A stretch of 61,812 bases of DNA, from positions 1-61,812 of the forward strand of contig CAYJAP010000002.1 of NCBI GenBank assembly GCA_964368425.1, written 5' to 3'. The position numbers and the translations under genes were made by a program. This document shows, piece after piece, positions 28,585 to 39,053 of the stretch. Source of the stretch: an uncultured Lachnospiraceae bacterium (GTDB lineage Bacteria; Bacillota; Clostridia; Christensenellales; UBA1242). The stretch's first letter is position 1. The number at the start of each line of letters is the position of its first letter. The notes below the pieces were generated by a model. It saw only the letters and a list, made by a program, of their open reading frames with translations. It was not told the DNA's origin and made no database searches.

Positions 28585-29862
28585 ATGAAAATTTTTGTTC
28601 ATCACGATTTAAAAGAACTAGCAACAGAATTTGCGAAGAATAAATCTACATTATATATAGTGGGCGGATACGTCCGTGATTCTTTATTGGGCAAAAGAAC
28701 ATCTGATATAGATGTTACTTCTAATTTACAGCTGCCACAAGTTGAGAATATAGCTAAAAAGTTGGGTTGGAAGTATACCTCCATGAGCGACCGTCTAGGG
28801 ACAGCTATTTTATCTAACAAAAATCTTAAAATGACTTACGCAACATTCAGAACAGAGAAATACAAAGAAGGTGGAGAACATGCTCCCTATGAAGTGAAAT
28901 TTATTAAAGACATTCGGAAAGATTCGGAACGCAGAGACTTTACTGTTAACGCTATATATTTTGATATTATAAAAGAATTGTTAGTAGATTTTTATAACGG
29001 CTTAAGAGACATTAAAAAAAGGACATTGCGTACTATTCTGGAGCCGGAAAAAGTGTTTGCTAGTGACGGGTTACGTATTATGCGACTTATCCGTTTCGCT
29101 GCTCAACTCAATTTTAAAGCTGAAGCTAAAACATTTGCTGAAGCTAAAACTCGAGGCCCGCAACTACACTATCTATCTAAGGAAAGGATATTAAAGGAAC
29201 TAACTAAAATAGCCGCTTCCGACAATTTAGAACGCTCAATTTCTCTAATGAACAGCATCGATATTTGGTATCATATGCTAGGACTTCCTAGAAAATTTAA
29301 AATGAACAATAAATTTGTTGAAGCTATCAAAGCCTGTCCATCCGAGTACTCCTTCGCAATGTTTATATGCGCCGTCATATTCCAAAAATTAGAGGGTGCA
29401 ATGGGGTCAATTTCGAACCTAGAATTTCATGTGCAGGGGCTAATTGGTAAGGCTGGACTAAACACCAATCAGGAAACTATCGATAAAGTTCTGATGCTTT
29501 ATCCGATGATTCATCTGTTCTTCGCAGGTAACGATTATCAGGCACTGGCAATCAAATATTTCCCTCTCAAAGAGACGCTGTATCAGGCATTTTTTCAGCT
29601 AGGAAAATATAAGCTGGCAAGCTTAGAGAGGTATATTCAGTCTTGTCAAAACAAAAATAAACCCTTAGCTCCGTACCAACTAGCAGTCTCTCCTGAGCAG
29701 TTGTTGGATGCCGGAGTTAGCTCTAAAAATATGACAGCAGTATTGAACGTTCTAGTATACAAATGTCTGCGAGATAATTTAGCAAATTCCAAGAAAGAGC
29801 TTGTTGCAGCTGCACTCGAGGTAAACAGTCTTATCAATAAGCAAAGACAAGCTCGACAATAG
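28585..29862 (+). CDS. cca: CCA-adding enzyme / poly(A) polymerase-family tRNA nucleotidyltransferase
   Basis: GGYVRDSLLGKRTSDIDV and RRDFTVNAIY motifs. Confidence 0.75.
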   Translation: MKIFVHHDLKELATEFAKNKSTLYIVGGYVRDSLLGKRTSDIDVTSNLQLPQVENIAKKLGWKYTSMSDRLGTAILSNKNLKMTYATFRTEKYKEGGEHAPYEVKFIKDIRKDSERRDFTVNAIYFDIIKELLVDFYNGLRDIKKRTLRTILEPEKVFASDGLRIMRLIRFAAQLNFKAEAKTFAEAKTRGPQLHYLSKERILKELTKIAASDNLERSISLMNSIDIWYHMLGLPRKFKMNNKFVEAIKACPSEYSFAMFICAVIFQKLEGAMGSISNLEFHVQGLIGKAGLNTNQETIDKVLMLYPMIHLFFAGNDYQALAIKYFPLKETLYQAFFQLGKYKLASLERYIQSCQNKNKPLAPYQLAVSPEQLLDAGVSSKNMTAVLNVLVYKCLRDNLANSKKELVAAALEVNSLINKQRQARQ

Positions 29863-29973
29863 TATCTGGCAAGCATAATAAAAAAATTAGGTTGCGAAAT
29901 TTAACACGAGTTTTAGTGCTAACACAATCTAGTTTTTTTATATGTTAAAAATAATACAATTTTCACGCACAAT

Positions 29974-30801
29974 CTATTTTTTTCTTTCGTATATCTCGTC
30001 GGCTAAAGCCACAAATTCTTCTATGGAAAAAGTTTCACCTCTTACTTTTGTGTCATGCCCCAACTTGTTAAATATCTCTTCTAATTGCTCTGTACTCAAC
30101 TTAAACGCATGTTTTAGGTTAGACATATATACTTTGCGTCTGTTTTCGAAAGCAGCTCTTATACAACCCGATAGTGTTTTTTTGTCTTTAACAGTAAATT
30201 TATCTTTAACAATATCTATTTTAATAACACAGCTATCAACCTTCGGTGGTGGCATAAACATATGTTTTTTCACAATTTTTATAATCTTCGTGTTACCATT
30301 AAAAGCCAACACTGCGGTTACAGCACCGTACTGTTTGCTTCCGGGCTGGGAGGTGAATCTCTCCGCCACTTCTTTTTGCACAGTCAATACTAGCGAGGAT
30401 AATTTTGTCGCATGCTCTAGCAGTTTAAAGATGATAGGAGTGGTGATGTAGTAGGGAATATTCGCTACTACCGTGTACGCTCCATCGATACGAGATTCAA
30501 TCTTTTTCATTTCCTCTTTCATGAAATCTCTAAACACTACTTTAACGTTATCGTATGCTTTTAAATTTTCTGCCAACACAGGCTCTAAGGAAAAATCTAT
30601 CTCATACGACACAACTTGTTTTGCGCTCTCTGCCAGTATTTTCGTCAACGTGCCCGCGCCCGTACCTATCTCCAACACGTTACTATCTTGATTTATTCCG
30701 GCAGCTGCAACTATGCTTCTTAGCAAATTTGTATCTGTTAAGAAGTGTTGTCCATATTGTTTTTTAAAATTAAATTGGTACTCTTTTAAATTCTCTAACA
30801 C
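29974..30801 (-). CDS. rsmA: 16S rRNA (adenine1518/1519-N6)-dimethyltransferase
   Basis: KKQYGQHFLTD, EIGTGAGTLT. tatD-rsmA adjacency follows the Bacillus yabD..ksgA neighbourhood. Confidence 0.92.
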   Translation of the reverse strand: MLENLKEYQFNFKKQYGQHFLTDTNLLRSIVAAAGINQDSNVLEIGTGAGTLTKILAESAKQVVSYEIDFSLEPVLAENLKAYDNVKVVFRDFMKEEMKKIESRIDGAYTVVANIPYYITTPIIFKLLEHATKLSSLVLTVQKEVAERFTSQPGSKQYGAVTAVLAFNGNTKIIKIVKKHMFMPPPKVDSCVIKIDIVKDKFTVKDKKTLSGCIRAAFENRRKVYMSNLKHAFKLSTEQLEEIFNKLGHDTKVRGETFSIEEFVALADEIYERKK

Positions 30802-30810
30802 GATTTTCTC

Positions 30811-31584
30811 CTACTGTAATTTTTTGAAAAAATTATACACATTCTTATTGGTGACTTTCTCTACTTCCTGTACTGAAACCTCTTTAAGTTCCGCCAGTTT
30901 TTCTGCTACCAAATTCACGTACTTTGGTTCATTTATTGCACGTCCACGGAAAGGGTGAGGGGTAAGATACGGACAATCTGTTTCCAGTATGATACGAGAA
31001 AGGGGTATATCTTTCACCGTCTTCTGCAGCTCTGTAGCATTTTTGAAGGTAATTGCCCCTCCTACTGAAATCATGTCGATTAACCCACGCGCTTCCTCAA
31101 GCGACTGAGTCGTCTCAGAAAAACAGTGTAACAGTACGCCGTTGTTCAGTATATGTTTATATTTTTTTAATATATTTATCATGTCTGAAATGGAATCTCG
31201 GTTATGTAAAACAACAGGTAAAGACAGCTCGTTAGCCAGTTTCAACTGCTCGATAAACACTCTCTTTTGCACCTCTTTATCGGTGTTAGGATAGTGGTAA
31301 TCCAGTCCTATTTCTCCTATAGCTAGTACTTTTGGATTGTTGGAACTTTTACGTAAGAAGTTCACTACTTGTGAGTTGAAAGAGTGCGACTCACTAGGGT
31401 GTATGCCTAATATGCAGTAAACGTTTGGATGTTTTTGAGATAGATTAAAACTGTTCACCATGGTTTTATAGTTATATGATACACAAAAACCCTTAGAAAC
31501 ATTATTTTTCTCTAAATTAGAAATGAGAGTATCCACATCCTGATATCTTTCGTCTGTCAAGTGTGCGTGCGTATCTATAAACAT
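30811..31584 (-). CDS. tatD: TatD-family metal-dependent DNase/hydrolase
   Basis: MFIDTHAHL, ..IGEIGLDY.., ..LHCFS.., ..ETDCPYL.. Confidence 0.9.
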   Translation of the reverse strand: MFIDTHAHLTDERYQDVDTLISNLEKNNVSKGFCVSYNYKTMVNSFNLSQKHPNVYCILGIHPSESHSFNSQVVNFLRKSSNNPKVLAIGEIGLDYHYPNTDKEVQKRVFIEQLKLANELSLPVVLHNRDSISDMINILKKYKHILNNGVLLHCFSETTQSLEEARGLIDMISVGGAITFKNATELQKTVKDIPLSRIILETDCPYLTPHPFRGRAINEPKYVNLVAEKLAELKEVSVQEVEKVTNKNVYNFFKKLQ

Positions 31585-31734
31585 TGTTCAACCTCTGCGA
31601 CAAGAGTATAGCAAAAAAAACGATTTAAAACAAATAAATATATAAACTTATCCCGTCAGTCATTATTACAAGCCTTCCATTATATACATATTACTAGCAG
31701 GATTATATCCTGTAGTTTCGGTGGCGGAGGGGAC

Positions 31735-32355
31735 ATGTCTATAGTTTGGACATCAATCATGGTTGCCTGTATCTGTATTATGCTGATAACAAATCCTGAG
31801 GCAATATTCAACACGATATTGTCAGGCGGTGAGAAAAGCATTGCGCTTTCGTTGAAGTTATGGGGAATTTATACGGTGTGGCTGGGCATTCTTAAAATTA
31901 TCGAGGATACTAAGCTGGACGAAAAGATTGCCCGCTTACTTTCTCCCGTCATCAATAAATTATTTGGAAAACTCGACCCTGACACGAAAAGACAGGTGGC
32001 TATTAACTTGACCAGCAACGTTCTTGGCATGGGGAATGCATGTACACCGAGTGGTATAGCGGGCATGGCAGGCATGGACAAAGGGACGGGGAAAATCACT
32101 CGCCAGATGTCGATGTTTTTTATACTAAACACTGCCTCTTTACAGATAATACCTTCAACCATTATAGGACTAAGAGCTCTAGCAGGTAGCTCCTCTCCTA
32201 ATGATATAATATTTCCTATCCTAATTTCTTCTTTCGCGGCTGTAGTTAGCGGGCTAATTTTAGTACACCTATTTTCAAGAATACACTTTAAGCGCAAGAA
32301 AAAAGAGGCGCGCGCACCAAGGCAGAAATCAGTGTTCAAAACAGGTGCAAAATGA
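31735..32355 (+). CDS. spmA: Spore maturation protein A (nucleoside-recognition 'Gate' domain membrane protein)
   Basis: NLTSNVLGMGNACTPSGIAGM motif, about 200 aa, ATGA-coupled to spmB. Confidence 0.75.
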   Translation: MSIVWTSIMVACICIMLITNPEAIFNTILSGGEKSIALSLKLWGIYTVWLGILKIIEDTKLDEKIARLLSPVINKLFGKLDPDTKRQVAINLTSNVLGMGNACTPSGIAGMAGMDKGTGKITRQMSMFFILNTASLQIIPSTIIGLRALAGSSSPNDIIFPILISSFAAVVSGLILVHLFSRIHFKRKKKEARAPRQKSVFKTGAK

Positions 32356-32858
32356 GCGCATATATCATTCCTATATTTATCTTGAGTATCATAGTATACT
32401 CGTCTATAAAAAGAAACAACACCTACACCAGCTTTGTCTTTGGCGCAAAAACCTCTTTTGATTTAGTACTATCTAGCTTTCCGTATATAGCCACGATATT
32501 CGTCGCGATAGAGTTGTTTAGTGCTAGTGGATTGAGCGCGATGTTAGCAAATTTCTTATCTCCTGCATTTTCTTTGCTAGGCATTCCTGTTGAGCTAAGT
32601 GAACTACTTCTCCTCAAACCCTTTAGCGGATGTGGAAGTTTGGCAATACTGGAAACAGTCTTTCAAACGTACGGTGTAGACAGTTATCTCGCACGCGCAG
32701 CCTGTTGCATCGCAGGCAGTGGGGAGGCAATATTTTACATATCTGCAGTATACTTTTCAAAAACCACCGTGCAAAAATTCTTATACGCTATCCCTGTCGC
32801 TCTCGTGGCAAACCTAGTTGGGGCAATCGTAGGATGCTGGCTTTGTAGAGTGATATGA
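32352..32858 (+). CDS. spmB: Spore maturation protein B
   Basis: 168-aa membrane protein directly coupled to spmA (ATGA overlap at 32352-32355). Typical paired architecture. Confidence 0.7.
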   Translation: MSAYIIPIFILSIIVYSSIKRNNTYTSFVFGAKTSFDLVLSSFPYIATIFVAIELFSASGLSAMLANFLSPAFSLLGIPVELSELLLLKPFSGCGSLAILETVFQTYGVDSYLARAACCIAGSGEAIFYISAVYFSKTTVQKFLYAIPVALVANLVGAIVGCWLCRVI

Positions 32859-33025
32859 CTATTTTTATCAAAAGACCATAATTTCACTTGTTTAATGGTT
32901 TTATAAAACACATATTTAGTTCACAGCGGATAAAAAATACGGGCGGTTAATACACGTACTGCTTTGTTGTTTAGACCAACCTATTTACTGTTTTTATTAA
33001 AAGGGTTTGCTACTAAAAAATATAT

Positions 33026-33637
33026 TTATTCTGTATCTATTTTCTCAGACGAGAGAATATAGTATCCCTTATCTCTCTTTAATATCTTGCAATTCCTAAA
33101 CACACTTTCCATGTGCTTTTTCGCACTCTCTTCCCCATGTTTTTTACGTATAACCAATACTAGCTTAGCATTTGCCGTCATGTTGTTTTTAGAAGATTCT
33201 ATCAAGTTGAATAAATTACTTTTACCCGCTTTGATAGGCGGATTTGTTATAATGTAGTCATATTTATCAGAGAGCTTTTCATATCCACTACTCTCTACAA
33301 CACTTCGTACATTTGTGACTTTATTTCTCTCCACATTTCCTGTACTTAGTCGCACGGCTGTACTATTAATATCTGCCATATCTAGAATCATATTTGGACG
33401 CATGCTTGCTAAAATTATACCTATTGTTCCCACGCCACATCCTAAATATAGCACAGTGCATTTTTCGTCGCCTATAACCTGTGACAATACGGTATCTATT
33501 AATAGTCGACTGCCGTCGTCCAACTTGTTTTTGCTGAACACATCATTACCACTGCTAAAAGAAAAGTTTCGTTCAGCGTATTGCACGTCAAACGAAAAAC
33601 TTTCTGTCTGCTCTGAAGGTATAAAATAATGTCTCAT
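33026..33637 (-). CDS. Class I SAM-dependent methyltransferase (RsmC/RsmD-like small-domain rRNA MTase)
   Basis: LGCGVGTIG (motif I) and ITNPPIKAGK (NPP motif IV). Confidence 0.75.
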   Translation of the reverse strand: MRHYFIPSEQTESFSFDVQYAERNFSFSSGNDVFSKNKLDDGSRLLIDTVLSQVIGDEKCTVLYLGCGVGTIGIILASMRPNMILDMADINSTAVRLSTGNVERNKVTNVRSVVESSGYEKLSDKYDYIITNPPIKAGKSNLFNLIESSKNNMTANAKLVLVIRKKHGEESAKKHMESVFRNCKILKRDKGYYILSSEKIDTE

Positions 33638-33651
33638 TCTTTTCCTATCTT

Positions 33652-35049
33652 TTATCTTTTTCTTAGTTCATAACCGTCTTTATTATCTTGCACTTCGTAC
33701 CCTAAGTCCTTTATTTTATCTCGTAAAATATCTGACTTAGCCCAATCTTTGTTCTTTCTGACTGCTATTCTTTCTTCCGCCAATGCAACCACTTCCTCAG
33801 GAATATCTTCAACCTGTGCTGATATATATTTCTCAGCGTTAGCCAAGTCTACCCCGAGAACCCTATCAAACTTCAGCAGCAACTTATATATCTTATTGTT
33901 TTTCTCTTTGATTTTGAGCAGTTCCCATACAACAGCTAGGGCGGTTGGAAGATTTAGATTGTCATTAACCGCTTCTAAAAACTTACCTTCTAACTGATTT
34001 AGAACACTATCGTCTACAACATCTTTTCCATTTTTATTAGCCGAAACTGCTGCATATATTTTATTTAATGCCGACTGTGCTCCGCTGAGAGCTTCGAACG
34101 TGAAGTTCTGCTGTTTAGAATAGTGGGCTGTAAGGAAGAAATATTTTAAGTCTATAGCTCTGAATCCGCGCTCCTCTAAATCAGCTACTCTATACGTCGT
34201 TCCCAGACTCTTACTCATCTTCTTTCCGTCAACCATCAAATGCTCAAAGTGGAACCATAGTCCCACAACGTTTTCTCCCGTGATACCATAGTTTTGGGCA
34301 ATCTCATTTTCGTGGTGGACAGTTTTGTGTTCTACTCCGCCACCGTGGATATCAATATTGTTTCCAAGGTATTTATGTCCAATAGTTGAACACTCCATGT
34401 GCCAACCGGGATATCCTTTACCCCAAGGACTGTCCCACTTCATAATGTGTTCTTTTGGCGCTTTTATCCACAAAGCAAAATCTGCAGGGTGTTTTTTATT
34501 AGGGTCAACTTCTACTCTTGCTCCTGCTTTTTTATCCTCTAAAGATATTCCACTCAGAGCACCGTACTGTGGAAACTTTGATATATCATAATATATTGCG
34601 CTTGGTGTTTTATAGGCGAATCCTTTATCCAATAATTGTTTAACTAGCTCAATGGTTTCTTCTACCACACTTGTAGCTTTGATTATATGCTCCGGCATAT
34701 CTATATTCAATTTTCTCATATCATTTAGGCAGATTTCTGTGTAGTATTCAGCAATTTCCCATGGGCTTTTCTTTTCCTTTCTGCTAGCTACAACCATTTT
34801 ATCTTCGCCTTCATCTGCGTCGCTTGTAAGGTGTCCGACATCGGTTATATTCATTACCCCTGTAATGTTATATCCGTTATATTTTATAGCTCTACGCATA
34901 AGGTCCATCATAACAAATGCTCGCATGTTTCCTATATGTTGATAGGAGTAAACGGTAGGTCCGCAAAAATACATGGTTACCTTTTTGCCCTTAGGCTCAA
35001 AGTCACTAATTTGTCTGTCTAAAGAATTGTATAATCTTAACTTGCTCAT
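33652..35049 (-). CDS. cysS: Cysteine--tRNA ligase
   Basis: CGPTVYSYQHIGNMR (HIGH) and KMSKSLG (KMSKS). Confidence 0.93.
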   Translation of the reverse strand: MSKLRLYNSLDRQISDFEPKGKKVTMYFCGPTVYSYQHIGNMRAFVMMDLMRRAIKYNGYNITGVMNITDVGHLTSDADEGEDKMVVASRKEKKSPWEIAEYYTEICLNDMRKLNIDMPEHIIKATSVVEETIELVKQLLDKGFAYKTPSAIYYDISKFPQYGALSGISLEDKKAGARVEVDPNKKHPADFALWIKAPKEHIMKWDSPWGKGYPGWHMECSTIGHKYLGNNIDIHGGGVEHKTVHHENEIAQNYGITGENVVGLWFHFEHLMVDGKKMSKSLGTTYRVADLEERGFRAIDLKYFFLTAHYSKQQNFTFEALSGAQSALNKIYAAVSANKNGKDVVDDSVLNQLEGKFLEAVNDNLNLPTALAVVWELLKIKEKNNKIYKLLLKFDRVLGVDLANAEKYISAQVEDIPEEVVALAEERIAVRKNKDWAKSDILRDKIKDLGYEVQDNKDGYELRKR

Positions 35050-35151
35050 ATTATCTCCTTATGTAATTTTATCACAACAAGCCGCATACATACTTCATTA
35101 TGCGACATCTTCTTTCCAAAATATATTAATATTACAAATAAAATGCTACTA

Positions 35152-35583
35152 TTAGAATTTCTTTTTAAATATCTCTAGCACTTCATCTAACTTTTTTTCC
35201 AGCAACTTCGCTTCTTTATCTGTATTTATAATTCCCAAAAGCTCCCGTTCCATTGCGTCGAGAAACTTGTTAAGTTCTTCGTTACCTTTCTCAGTAATTG
35301 TATAACTAATATTTCTTTTGTCTTCTTGGCTTTTTGATGAGTTTATTAACCCATCCATAACCATGCTTGAACATAATAGCGCCAGATTGCTTTTTGCTAT
35401 TCCTAACTTATCGATCAAAAAGCTCGGCGACGCCTCCTTTTGCTCACTCAATAAAAAAAGAACCTTATGTTTAGCTGTCAACACAGTATTTTTGTTCGCT
35501 TCTTTCACGTCAAAACCATCACACAACTTTTGTAGTATGATTCTCAACATTGTTATTTGACGTTGAATCTTAGATTTTTTCAT
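35152..35583 (-). CDS. MarR-family transcriptional regulator
   Basis: 143 aa with a winged-helix core ..ASPSFLIDKLGIAKSNLALLCSSMVMDGLI..DKRNISYTITEKG.. Confidence 0.75.
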   Translation of the reverse strand: MKKSKIQRQITMLRIILQKLCDGFDVKEANKNTVLTAKHKVLFLLSEQKEASPSFLIDKLGIAKSNLALLCSSMVMDGLINSSKSQEDKRNISYTITEKGNEELNKFLDAMERELLGIINTDKEAKLLEKKLDEVLEIFKKKF

Positions 35584-35655
35584 AGCTTCCTTTACATTTA
35601 TTGGTATTGAACATCAGGGTAAGAGCCCTAATCATAGTTATTATAATATAATTAG

Positions 35656-35668
35656 TTGATAAAATCAA
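35656..35668. promoter_or_regulatory. Palindrome TTGAT-AAA-ATCAA in the MarR/SDR divergent region (operator candidate)
   Basis: Read directly. It lies about 70 nt upstream of the MarR start on the minus strand. Confidence 0.25.
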
Positions 35669-35873
35669 TAAAAGATTCAAAATTATTAATTAATTTTATT
35701 GGAAGATATTGTTTATTTGTATTTTTATTTTTAGTTGTAAAAATATATCTTTTATTGTATAATATTGGTGACTGATAAATCTTTTAGGAAACTTGATTCA
35801 TCTGTACAATTATTATAATTATAGACTATTTTATTGTAGCAGCAAAGTATTTCACACATAAGGGGAGAAAGAT

Positions 35874-36875
35874 ATGGAACACTATATCATAACAGGGGCA
35901 AGTGGACATCTAGGAAATTCTTTAGCACAAGAACTTATTGCTCGAGGAAAGAGAGTTATAATTACTCTGAGAACATATAAATATATGTCACCTCTTTACT
36001 GTGCGGATGCAGAAGTTGCATACGGGGATTTAACTGACGAGAAGTTTCTGATAGATTTGATAGACGAGGATAGTGTAGTTATACACTGTGCTGGACTGAT
36101 GGAACTGGGGAAAGGAAATAAGAAGAATTTATTCAAGGTGAACTTTGAAGGAACAAAAAAGCTGGTTGACGTATGTATCAAAGAAAAAGCTAAAAAGTTC
36201 ATATATGTAAGCACAGTTGATGCAATAGAGAAAAAAGATGACGGAAAAGATATTCGTGAGCCACTAGGAGAGATATTTCCCGACAACTTACCAAGCGCGT
36301 ACGCTCAGAGCAAGGCCGCTGCTACTAAATATGTTTTAGAGCAGGCACGAGCAGGAAAGATAAATGCGAACGTTGTATATCCTACAAGCTTAATAGGTCC
36401 GAATGACCACAAGGTAAGCAACAACGCACAAATCATGGTGGACTACATAAACAAAGAAAAACTCGCTTTAGTGAAAGGAAGTTATAACTTTGTAGACGTT
36501 AGAGATGTAATAGATGGTATTATCAAGATCATTAAAGTTGCAGATAGTGGAGAAGATTTCATTCTAGGGGGATACGACGTTTCAGTAAAATCATTCTTTG
36601 AACTAATCAATAAAAAGATAAAAAGAACCACTCTTCCAAAAGAGTTGTCGAGAGGCAAGGCGCTGTTGTTTGCTTGGTTTATGAACATAGGCAAAAAGGT
36701 AGAGGAAAAGAAAGTTGTGTATAACTCTTACTTCATTAAATCTCTAGACAACAACCATAAGTTTAGTTCAAAAAAGGCAAAGGAGCGTTTAGCATTTAAA
36801 ACCCGTCCTGTTGAACAAACTTTCGCAGATGCGATTGATTGGTTGCAGGAGAATAAACCTGAATTATTTAGATAA
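35874..36875 (+). CDS. NAD-dependent epimerase/dehydratase-family (extended SDR) protein
   Basis: ITGASGHLGNSL Rossmann motif; YAQSK catalytic YxxxK. Confidence 0.8.
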   Translation: MEHYIITGASGHLGNSLAQELIARGKRVIITLRTYKYMSPLYCADAEVAYGDLTDEKFLIDLIDEDSVVIHCAGLMELGKGNKKNLFKVNFEGTKKLVDVCIKEKAKKFIYVSTVDAIEKKDDGKDIREPLGEIFPDNLPSAYAQSKAAATKYVLEQARAGKINANVVYPTSLIGPNDHKVSNNAQIMVDYINKEKLALVKGSYNFVDVRDVIDGIIKIIKVADSGEDFILGGYDVSVKSFFELINKKIKRTTLPKELSRGKALLFAWFMNIGKKVEEKKVVYNSYFIKSLDNNHKFSSKKAKERLAFKTRPVEQTFADAIDWLQENKPELFR

Positions 36876-36989
36876 TTTACATAGCCCAAACAGGTTTAAA
36901 TGGCCAAAATTGTAATGTAGAGTAAGTATAATAAAAGATGGCAAACAGAATAGAAAATGTACGGCGTAAACAATATGTATTATACGTAA

Positions 36990-37018
36990 AAAAAACAAAC
37001 CCTCTGGTTTGTTTTTTT
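36990..37018. terminator. Bidirectional intrinsic terminator
   Basis: A-run, CAAACC-CTCT-GGTTTG, T-run. Confidence 0.6.
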
Positions 37019-37189
37019 ACTGTTTATATCTTTCTTTACTTAACTATATATTTGCTCTAGTAACACCTATACTCTAATTAAACTGAGATGTTGTTTCTAT
37101 TTTTTATATTTTATTATACTTATATTTTATAACATAACTTACTTAAGCAAACACTTTATACTATAATAATTTCACAACAAATTTTCTTA

Positions 37190-38905
37190 TTATTTTTTGA
37201 ATATTGCCCAGAATTCTTTATCTCCGATCGTGTTAGCTTCAATCCCCGTTAGAGCCTCTCCCGTTCCCTCTTCATTATTATACCAGCCAAGGAATGTGGA
37301 CGATCCAGAAACTCCTGGTAATATAATTTCGTTCTCGACCGTATAGGAATATACTACACTTCCCGGATCTGTGAATACCGTATCGCCGGATAGATGGTAG
37401 GTTATGGTGTAGATGATTGGAGTCCATTTTGCATGCAATTCTTTATTCCCGTAGCTGCCATTCATTATGTGGGTTAAACTGTCGCCAGATAAATCACCCG
37501 TGGTGTACCAACCATCAAACGAGTATCCTACTCGAGTTGGCACAGGTAACGTTTCGGTATATAGCGTTGTATAGTTTGTTGGATATACTTCCGGCATAGT
37601 TCCCTTGTTTTCAGTGTAGCTTATGGTATAGGATATCGCTTCCCACTGCGCATACAACTTGCGATCACCGATCTGTCCCACACCTATAGATGTCACTGGC
37701 ACACCAGTATAATCAGCATTGCTGTACCAGTCGATGAATTCAAACCCATTGCGGGTTGGAGATGGCAGAGAATCTATCCCTTTCAACATTGTGTAAGAAT
37801 TTTGTAAATCCACCAATTCAGCATCACTATCTAGGTAATATTTAACGGTATAATCTACTATATCAAATTTAGCATATAGCACAGTATCTTCCTCTATCTC
37901 TTGTGAAATATCGAATTCTGTGTCATAAGAATCTTCTAGGAACCAACCTTCGAATGAGTATCCTGTCCTACTTAAGTTTGGAATATAGTTTCCGCCAACA
38001 ACTGTATTTTTATCAATGGTTATTGTGTGCGAAACAGATTCTCCCTGTAAAGTTATTATAAAGCTTATATCCACCAACTCTATCCACTTCGCGTACACCG
38101 AGGTGGGCGTAGAAATCTTTTGTTTTGAAAAGTCAAACAGCGTCGTGTAAGTATTAGTTGTATACCAGCCCACAAATCTATTCTTTTCCTTTTGTAATTT
38201 AGTCTGATCAGGAATTGTGGCAAAGTAATCTATCGGGATGTCGACTTCATATTTTTCCGTATTTAACGGCGTACTGCTGTTAGCGTAAGTACCGCCATTT
38301 AGCATATGTGTCAACTTGACTTTTTCACGCTCCCATTTGCCATATAGGGAAATATCTGATGTTACTGGACGATTATATATCAGAGAGTAGTCTATTCTAT
38401 CTCCCAAAAACACATCTGTGTACCAGCCACCGAAAGACCACTTTTCAACTGACGCTATTCCCAACATTTTATTGGTTACGCTCTTGTTTTCTTCAATGGT
38501 GTACTCAAGGGTCTGAGTAGAGTTTGGGAAGATATTGTATAACGTTAAAGTATAGACATTAACGTATTTCGCATAGATTATTGAGCCGTCTGTTACTGCG
38601 TGAGCATTCTGACTGGTGAGAGGGTATAGTCTTCGTTCTTCATCTAAAAACCAACCTTTGAAAAGCTTTCCTTCTATCGTAGGAGCTAACGGATTAAAAT
38701 CATCCAGTGCTGGACGGTATTCATAAACCATTGTCTGTTCGTCATCTAAATGTAGCGTTATGTAATGTTTTGTCTGCAGCTCTTCTTTGTGTTCTTTATG
38801 TAAGTAAAAAATTCCTAGTGCTCCTATAAGTAGCAGACTTACAGCGAGTACTGAAACTAAAGTTAGAACGGTAGCCCAAACATTATCGACTCTTTTTTCT
38901 TTCAT
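37190..38905 (-). CDS. Membrane-anchored surface protein with 7 Listeria-Bacteroides-type repeats (Flg_new / InlB B-repeat-like)
   Basis: One N-terminal TM segment (VWATVLTLVSVLAVSLLLIGALGIF). Seven ..F.GW(Y/F)......LYAKW units: KGWF, GGWY, VGWY, EGWF, IDWY, DGWY, LGWY. I chose the start at MKEKR (ATG 38905) after GGGAGA. Confidence 0.8.
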   Translation of the reverse strand: MKEKRVDNVWATVLTLVSVLAVSLLLIGALGIFYLHKEHKEELQTKHYITLHLDDEQTMVYEYRPALDDFNPLAPTIEGKLFKGWFLDEERRLYPLTSQNAHAVTDGSIIYAKYVNVYTLTLYNIFPNSTQTLEYTIEENKSVTNKMLGIASVEKWSFGGWYTDVFLGDRIDYSLIYNRPVTSDISLYGKWEREKVKLTHMLNGGTYANSSTPLNTEKYEVDIPIDYFATIPDQTKLQKEKNRFVGWYTTNTYTTLFDFSKQKISTPTSVYAKWIELVDISFIITLQGESVSHTITIDKNTVVGGNYIPNLSRTGYSFEGWFLEDSYDTEFDISQEIEEDTVLYAKFDIVDYTVKYYLDSDAELVDLQNSYTMLKGIDSLPSPTRNGFEFIDWYSNADYTGVPVTSIGVGQIGDRKLYAQWEAISYTISYTENKGTMPEVYPTNYTTLYTETLPVPTRVGYSFDGWYTTGDLSGDSLTHIMNGSYGNKELHAKWTPIIYTITYHLSGDTVFTDPGSVVYSYTVENEIILPGVSGSSTFLGWYNNEEGTGEALTGIEANTIGDKEFWAIFKK

Positions 38906-39053
38906 TTTATCTCCCATATACGCTTAGTATATACATATCACGAGTAGTATATCACATTGATATTTTTTAGGCGAATGTTTGAAAACATTTTATTGTTATT
39001 GAAATAAGCATATTTCTTATACACACCTTAATACACTGTATAAAGGGGGAAAC

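Noticed and set aside
36939-37061. 40-codon ORF (MANRIENVRRKQYVLYVKKTNPLVCFF...) downstream of the SDR gene
   Set aside because: It has a weak or absent SD and reads straight through the bidirectional terminator hairpin at 36990-37018. It is most likely non-coding.
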